From: Candidatus Undinarchaeota archaeon
GTDB taxonomy: Archaea > SpSt-1190 > JASMDC01
Length of the DNA stretch: 64,000 nucleotides
Assembly: GCA_964519305.1 (NCBI GenBank)
Contig: CAZFHY010000007.1
Span: forward strand, 1 to 64,000
Direction: 5' to 3'
Part shown: in pieces, positions 59,347-64,000 of the stretch
Position numbering within the stretch: the stretch's first letter is position 1
How the letters are laid out: every line of letters begins with the position of its first letter
The notes under the pieces: model-generated
Told to the model about the DNA's origin: nothing
Seen by the model: only the letters and a program-made list of their open reading frames with translations
Databases searched by the model: none
Translations under genes and position numbers: made by a program

Positions 59347-62300
59347 AAAGGCCTCATGGCCAAAAAAAGTATGCGTTGGTATTCGTACTACTGTTCATTA
59401 TAACGACCTCAGCCCAGGCAGGGCTCGTACCCATATCCGATAAGTACGCGGGTGGCGCAAAGAACATGTGCAAGACCTGCATACAGTGCGTGGATACCGA
59501 GGGGGAGGAGCAGAAGAGCTGTCTCATGGGCTGTCTCAAGGCGGGTGTCGACCTGCTGCTCGGACCACTGTGCGGTAAGATGTGCAAGGACAGCAAGATC
59601 TGCAACGGTCTGTGCGGTAACTGCATCCCATGCGCGTTCGAGAAAGGGGATGCGGCAGAGAAATGCCTTGTGAAGTGCGTTGGTGAAGCTCTCATCATAG
59701 GACCTATCTGTGGTAATGTATGCAATAAGACCGTGAGCCAGGACTGGATGAACGGTGCGGAGAAGTGCGAGGGTGCATGTACCGAGTGCGCTTCATGTGT
59801 GTTCGAGGAGGGTGGTGATGCCCAGGAGAAGTGCGCGCTCAACTGTGTCGTGAAGAACATCCTGCTCAATCCGCTCTGTGGAAAGGCCTGCTCGAAGGCC
59901 GGGGGCGATCCCAAGGGATGGGAAATATCGGAAAGTGACTCGGCAGAAGAGCAGGCGAAGAAGAAGGAGGCCGCAAAGGAAGGCGCCAAGGCGGTAGGGC
60001 AGTGCGAGTCCATCTGCACCACGGCCGTTGAATGTGCCCCCTGCGCCTTCAAGAACACTGGAAGGGAGAAGGCGGCCTGCGGAGTCTCATGCGTCGTCGG
60101 TAACTTCATATGCGAAAAGTCCTGTCGCAGTATATGCGATGATCCGAAAGCTTATCTGACCGAAGAGGAGAAGAAGGCTGAGAAGGACAAGAAAGGACCG
60201 AAGAAACCATCAATGACCGATTGCACGAGCAATTGTCTGTCTATCTGCGGCACCTGCAGTCAGTGCGCGAACCAGAAGACCGATTCGGGGCTGAAGGAGT
60301 GCCTTATCAGGGAGTGTGTAGGTAAGAACCTGATCAAGGTCGCATGCGAGAACCTCTTCGTGGGCCCCATGGTGCAGAAGTGCCTTGAGTGCGGGAAGTG
60401 TGCAGCAGAACCAAAGGAGCTCCGGTCCACGTGTCTGAAGGATTGTGTCGGTCGACAGCCGTTGGCCTTCGATATCTGCGAGACCGTGAGCTGTGATCCC
60501 ATCTGCTCGGGCCAGCGCACTGAGGAATGTCGGAAGAAGTGCGGCGGGAGCGACACGTGCGTGGACGTTTGCATCCAGGACTGCAAGGTCGAATGCCTGG
60601 ACCTATGCCATGCTTGCGGCCGGTGCGGTTTCGAGGGCACGAAGGAGGCCATGCACGAGTGCACGATACGATACTGTATTCGGCCATTCATGATGACGCC
60701 CATCTGCGAGGACTATTGCTCTGAAGTGATTAAGGGACTGCGGCCGGAGAACTGCATGGCCATATGCATGCAATGCGAGGATGCGATATTCTCTGTGGAT
60801 TGTGTGACCAGAAAGAGCCAGGTGCGACCTCTTCTTGTGCAATGCATGTTCCGTGACGTGTGCGATGAGCGATGCGACGAACACTTCGAGAACGTGCAGG
60901 AGGCGGACGAGTGCAAGGCCAACTGCGACAAGTGCAAGCACTGTGCGAACGAGGATGATTATAATGTCCAGAAACAGTGCATGGAGGACTGCTTCGGTTC
61001 CCTTTCGGTGAAGGCCGAGTGCTCGGACCTCTGCGTGGAGTGGGGCGTGGCCGCGGGCGACGCTACGCTCAGGTGTCGCACCCTTTGTGCGGCCTGCGTT
61101 CGATGCGATGGAGAGACCGATCCGGCGAAGAAGAAGAACTGCCTCCGCAACTGCACGATGACCCAGATGGAGGATTACTACGGCGAGCGGTGCGACAGTG
61201 TATGCCAGGACCAGGACGATGTGCCGACCTGTCGTGACAAGTGCATGAAGTGCGACAGCTGCCCCTTCGAGGGCGACGGTCAGAACATCACGTCATGTAT
61301 CCTGAACAAGTGCGTCGACTCCATCTCAGTGGCACGACCGATCTGTGAGGACGTGTGTGAGAACGAGCAGAACAAGGCCACATGTATTCAGGGCTGCGTC
61401 AAATGCCCCACATGCGTCGAGTACGATACACGACGCAAGCGCATTGACTGTTTCACCGAATGCATCGCACCGGACATCCTAGGTAGTCAATGCGACTCGC
61501 TCTGTATGGAGCGACCCAACGTCACCGGATGCAAGCAACGGTGCCGTAATTGTCACCTGTGCATGGACAAGACCGGTGACTCACGCTTTAGATGCCTCGA
61601 ACGATGTGCGGACCGGGGACAACTCCGCTCTTCGTGCGAAGGTCATTGCGAGACGGCCAAAGACCCGGTCTATTGTCAGAGCGCGTGCATGACCTGTCCC
61701 CAGTGCGACAAGCTCGAGGGCACGGAGCTTGACTCGTGCATACAGGAATGCACTGGGATAGTCACCCGACAGATGCTATTCGACACGTGTGATGACCTGT
61801 GCGCATCTTACCAAGATCCGGATCGCTGCAAGGCAGCATGCGACGAGTGCACAGATTGCGACATGGGTGCCGGACAGTACGATTGCCTGCAGGATTGCGT
61901 GGATGCGACGGACCCGGGTCTGGACTTCTCTGATAAGGAGAAGGAACGGCGTGAAAAGCTCAAGAAAGGATTGCTATCCGGTGTTTGCGACCTCATGTTC
62001 GGCAATATCTGGGACATGTTCTCCTGTGACCTGGTATGCGCGATGGGTGGTCCTTGCCCGATCCCTGACCAAAGATATCTTCTAAAGTGCCCCGAGACAG
62101 CTCAGGAGAACCTCTACCTCTACTACTCTGACCTTATCACATACTTCGAGAACGTAGCTGAGTTCTACGCGAATATCGAGGCGGCCCTGGACGCCATACT
62201 CTTGGGTACGGCGGGGATGTGCGGTATGTGCAACTATCAGCTGGCCATGATACAGGGGGCGTACAGCACGTGTAGCGGCGTCTGGAATCCCACGCCCTTC

Positions 62301-64000
62301 GGAGCGGCCACGATACCTTGGAACGAGTGGATGTGCGATATCGCGGGGGTCGCCAACTGCCAGCCGCAGGTATGTCTCACAGCGACGAAGATAAACACCT
62401 GCCCTCAGCTCTGTTCCTCCGCGGTGTGCCACGTAAACGAGTTAACTGGCACCATCGCTCCCGGAACAGGTTTTTGTTGCGCACCATGCACAGCCGGTTG
62501 TTGTATGTGGACCCCATGGGTATCGATCCCCTCAGTGACAAATCACGTCAATCCACCGGGTATGAAAGCATGTCACTCCTTCCTTCATGAGGCGGACGAC
62601 TCGTGCACAATGGACGGGTTGTGGTGGCGCAAGGTCGTCGATGCCCCTGCTCTGAGGAACCCGTGCTTTGTCATGATCAAGATCACCGAACTCCGCAACT
62701 ATGTCCACACCCTCCGCGCAGAGATAATCCCCGATATCATCACACAGATACGAGCGCTGCGTGCCAACGCCCGCAGGTGCACGGTCCGTGTAACATGCTC
62801 ATCGAACATCAAGATATACCTGGACCTGCTCGAGGAGATCTGGGACAGGGCCAACCATGTGGATGGCTGGGATACCAAGAAGTTCGAGGACGAGACCAAC
62901 AAGTTCACTCTCGCCATGAAGGACTACATGGCAGATATCGGTTCCGGTGGAGGGGGATTCTCGTTCGACTTCAGCGCAGGTGCAAGTGGCTGGGCGAACT
63001 TCAAGAACGGCATCAGTGTCACCGCGTCCGCGTACATGGACATCACCTCCGGCGGCAGCTTTGAGAAGTACCTCGTATGGGTGCCCGACTACAGCCCGGC
63101 CATGTGCGAGATCCCTACAGGGGCAGCTTCTAGCGCGGGCTCGACCGCTGCCTCGAGCGTGATTGATAAAGTGAAGAAGAAAGCCAAAGAGGGTGCCACC
63201 GATGCCGTGAAGAGCACGTTCGGTGTCAAGCAGATGCAGGCCATCGCCGAGTATCATTCCAAGCTCCTGACCATGTCGATGACCGGAGTGGTCGCCGGTA
63301 AAGCAGGTCTACCGGGTATTACATGTACCGGAGGCTATCCACTTCAATGCACGCCTTCGATGCCCATCGCATGGCACCTCGTAGAGGGTCAGAACCTCGG
63401 CGAGGACCTCGTGTTCAATTTCCCCGTACTACCTAAATGCGGTGTCGAGGCCTTCGGTAAGGCAATGCCAGGTGATGCCTTCTGGCACTACCAGGAATGT
63501 CTTCTGTACAGGTCATCCTCGTCCGACCTCGGTTCTATGGGTGAGGAAGAAGAAGAACCGTGGGAGGAGGAAGAAGAGGAAGAAGAGGAAGAATGGGAAG
63601 AAGAAGAGGAAGTATGGGATGATGAAGAGGAAGAGATCGACGAGGAGGAGGAGATCGATTGCTTTGGACTTGCCGATCTTACCCCGTGCTACAATAACCG
63701 GGGTATCTGCTGTGATGCGGTCTGCGTCCCGGAAGCAGAAGAATGCATCACTATGGAAGAGGAGTGCATCGATAAGATCGACGGGGAGACCTGCTGGGAC
63801 GGCGATGCCCTCTGCTGCTTCGAGACCTGCATCCCGAACGCCACTACCTGCGGTACGGGTTCTGCTGAATGTTATGGCATTCGCGACAGGACCCCTTGCT
63901 CAGCTGGGCTATGCTGTAACCAGCAGTGCATAGCCGATGCCATCGCCTGCAGTGGTACGACACCCGACTGTCTTGGAAAGATCGATGAAATGTCGTGCAT
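59340..64000 (+). CDS. Giant exported cysteine-rich repeat protein (>1550 aa, runs off the window)
   Basis: GTG at 59340 with GGAGGTGA SD 7 nt upstream; signal peptide MLKRPHGQKKYALVFVLLFIITTSAQA; hand translation found no stop to 64000; about 15 C-x3-C-x2-C-x2-C repeats; poly-Glu tract. Confidence 0.85.
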   Translation, partial: MLKRPHGQKKYALVFVLLFIITTSAQAGLVPISDKYAGGAKNMCKTCIQCVDTEGEEQKSCLMGCLKAGVDLLLGPLCGKMCKDSKICNGLCGNCIPCAFEKGDAAEKCLVKCVGEALIIGPICGNVCNKTVSQDWMNGAEKCEGACTECASCVFEEGGDAQEKCALNCVVKNILLNPLCGKACSKAGGDPKGWEISESDSAEEQAKKKEAAKEGAKAVGQCESICTTAVECAPCAFKNTGREKAACGVSCVVGNFICEKSCRSICDDPKAYLTEEEKKAEKDKKGPKKPSMTDCTSNCLSICGTCSQCANQKTDSGLKECLIRECVGKNLIKVACENLFVGPMVQKCLECGKCAAEPKELRSTCLKDCVGRQPLAFDICETVSCDPICSGQRTEECRKKCGGSDTCVDVCIQDCKVECLDLCHACGRCGFEGTKEAMHECTIRYCIRPFMMTPICEDYCSEVIKGLRPENCMAICMQCEDAIFSVDCVTRKSQVRPLLVQCMFRDVCDERCDEHFENVQEADECKANCDKCKHCANEDDYNVQKQCMEDCFGSLSVKAECSDLCVEWGVAAGDATLRCRTLCAACVRCDGETDPAKKKNCLRNCTMTQMEDYYGERCDSVCQDQDDVPTCRDKCMKCDSCPFEGDGQNITSCILNKCVDSISVARPICEDVCENEQNKATCIQGCVKCPTCVEYDTRRKRIDCFTECIAPDILGSQCDSLCMERPNVTGCKQRCRNCHLCMDKTGDSRFRCLERCADRGQLRSSCEGHCETAKDPVYCQSACMTCPQCDKLEGTELDSCIQECTGIVTRQMLFDTCDDLCASYQDPDRCKAACDECTDCDMGAGQYDCLQDCVDATDPGLDFSDKEKERREKLKKGLLSGVCDLMFGNIWDMFSCDLVCAMGGPCPIPDQRYLLKCPETAQENLYLYYSDLITYFENVAEFYANIEAALDAILLGTAGMCGMCNYQLAMIQGAYSTCSGVWNPTPFGAATIPWNEWMCDIAGVANCQPQVCLTATKINTCPQLCSSAVCHVNELTGTIAPGTGFCCAPCTAGCCMWTPWVSIPSVTNHVNPPGMKACHSFLHEADDSCTMDGLWWRKVVDAPALRNPCFVMIKITELRNYVHTLRAEIIPDIITQIRALRANARRCTVRVTCSSNIKIYLDLLEEIWDRANHVDGWDTKKFEDETNKFTLAMKDYMADIGSGGGGFSFDFSAGASGWANFKNGISVTASAYMDITSGGSFEKYLVWVPDYSPAMCEIPTGAASSAGSTAASSVIDKVKKKAKEGATDAVKSTFGVKQMQAIAEYHSKLLTMSMTGVVAGKAGLPGITCTGGYPLQCTPSMPIAWHLVEGQNLGEDLVFNFPVLPKCGVEAFGKAMPGDAFWHYQECLLYRSSSSDLGSMGEEEEEPWEEEEEEEEEEWEEEEEVWDDEEEEIDEEEEIDCFGLADLTPCYNNRGICCDAVCVPEAEECITMEEECIDKIDGETCWDGDALCCFETCIPNATTCGTGSAECYGIRDRTPCSAGLCCNQQCIADAIACSGTTPDCLGKIDEMSC
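59460..61905 (+). repeat. About 15 protein repeats of ~50 aa with eight Cys each
   Basis: e.g. CKANCDKCKHC..CMEDC..CSDLC, CRDKCMKCDSC..CILNKC..CEDVC, CQSACMTCPQC..CIQEC..CDDLC. Confidence 0.8.
63543..63660 (+). repeat. GAG/GAA-rich poly-Glu linker
   Basis: EEEEEPWEEEEEEEEEEWEEEEEVWDDEEEEIDEEEEID. Confidence 0.85.

Noticed and set aside
59356-59370. ATG GCC followed by an A7 run, suggesting a programmed frameshift start of the giant ORF
   Set aside because: An in-frame GTG at 59340 with an ideal GGAGGTGA SD explains the gene without slippage
59460-61905. Multiheme cytochrome, polyferredoxin or radical SAM reading of the Cys motifs
   Set aside because: Only one CxxCH occurs, the motif order is reversed relative to ferredoxins, there is no TIM-barrel context, and the protein has a Sec-like signal
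1-64000. Numerous antisense or alternate-frame ORFs in the track (e.g. 10874..11755+, 43642..44370-, 57214..58038-, 59354..60109-)
   Set aside because: Shadow ORFs of well-supported genes, expected at this GC content; no motifs

Overview
Gene-dense archaeal chromosomal segment of roughly 55-60% GC (estimated by eye). The ftsZ-secE-spt5-uL11 cluster, DUF555, DUF835 and class III signal peptides mark it as archaeal, and several motifs suggest a DPANN-like lineage (inference only). Housekeeping and metabolic genes: e-MtaB, trxB, two NDP-sugar epimerases, a cyclic amidohydrolase, ggt, nadA-nadC-nadB, htpX, slyD, a GATase, larE-larB-larC2-pfkB, two CPA2 antiporters and speD. These are interleaved with unusually many large, exported, cysteine-rich, membrane-anchored proteins that share modules. 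The most striking element is a translationally coupled three-gene operon at 54.7-64 kb: an Ig-like secreted protein, a class III (pilin-type) signal protein, and a >1550-aa ORF absent from the ORF track that carries about 15 eight-cysteine repeats. Other oddities are a uL11 lacking its N-terminal domain, a split and order-permuted GT-C-like gene pair, a nickel-pincer operon without larA or LarC1, a JAB protein with a histone-H1-like tail, bPH/SHOCT paralogs, and two candidate structured ncRNAs. I recognised no rRNA, tRNA, CRISPR array or mobile element.
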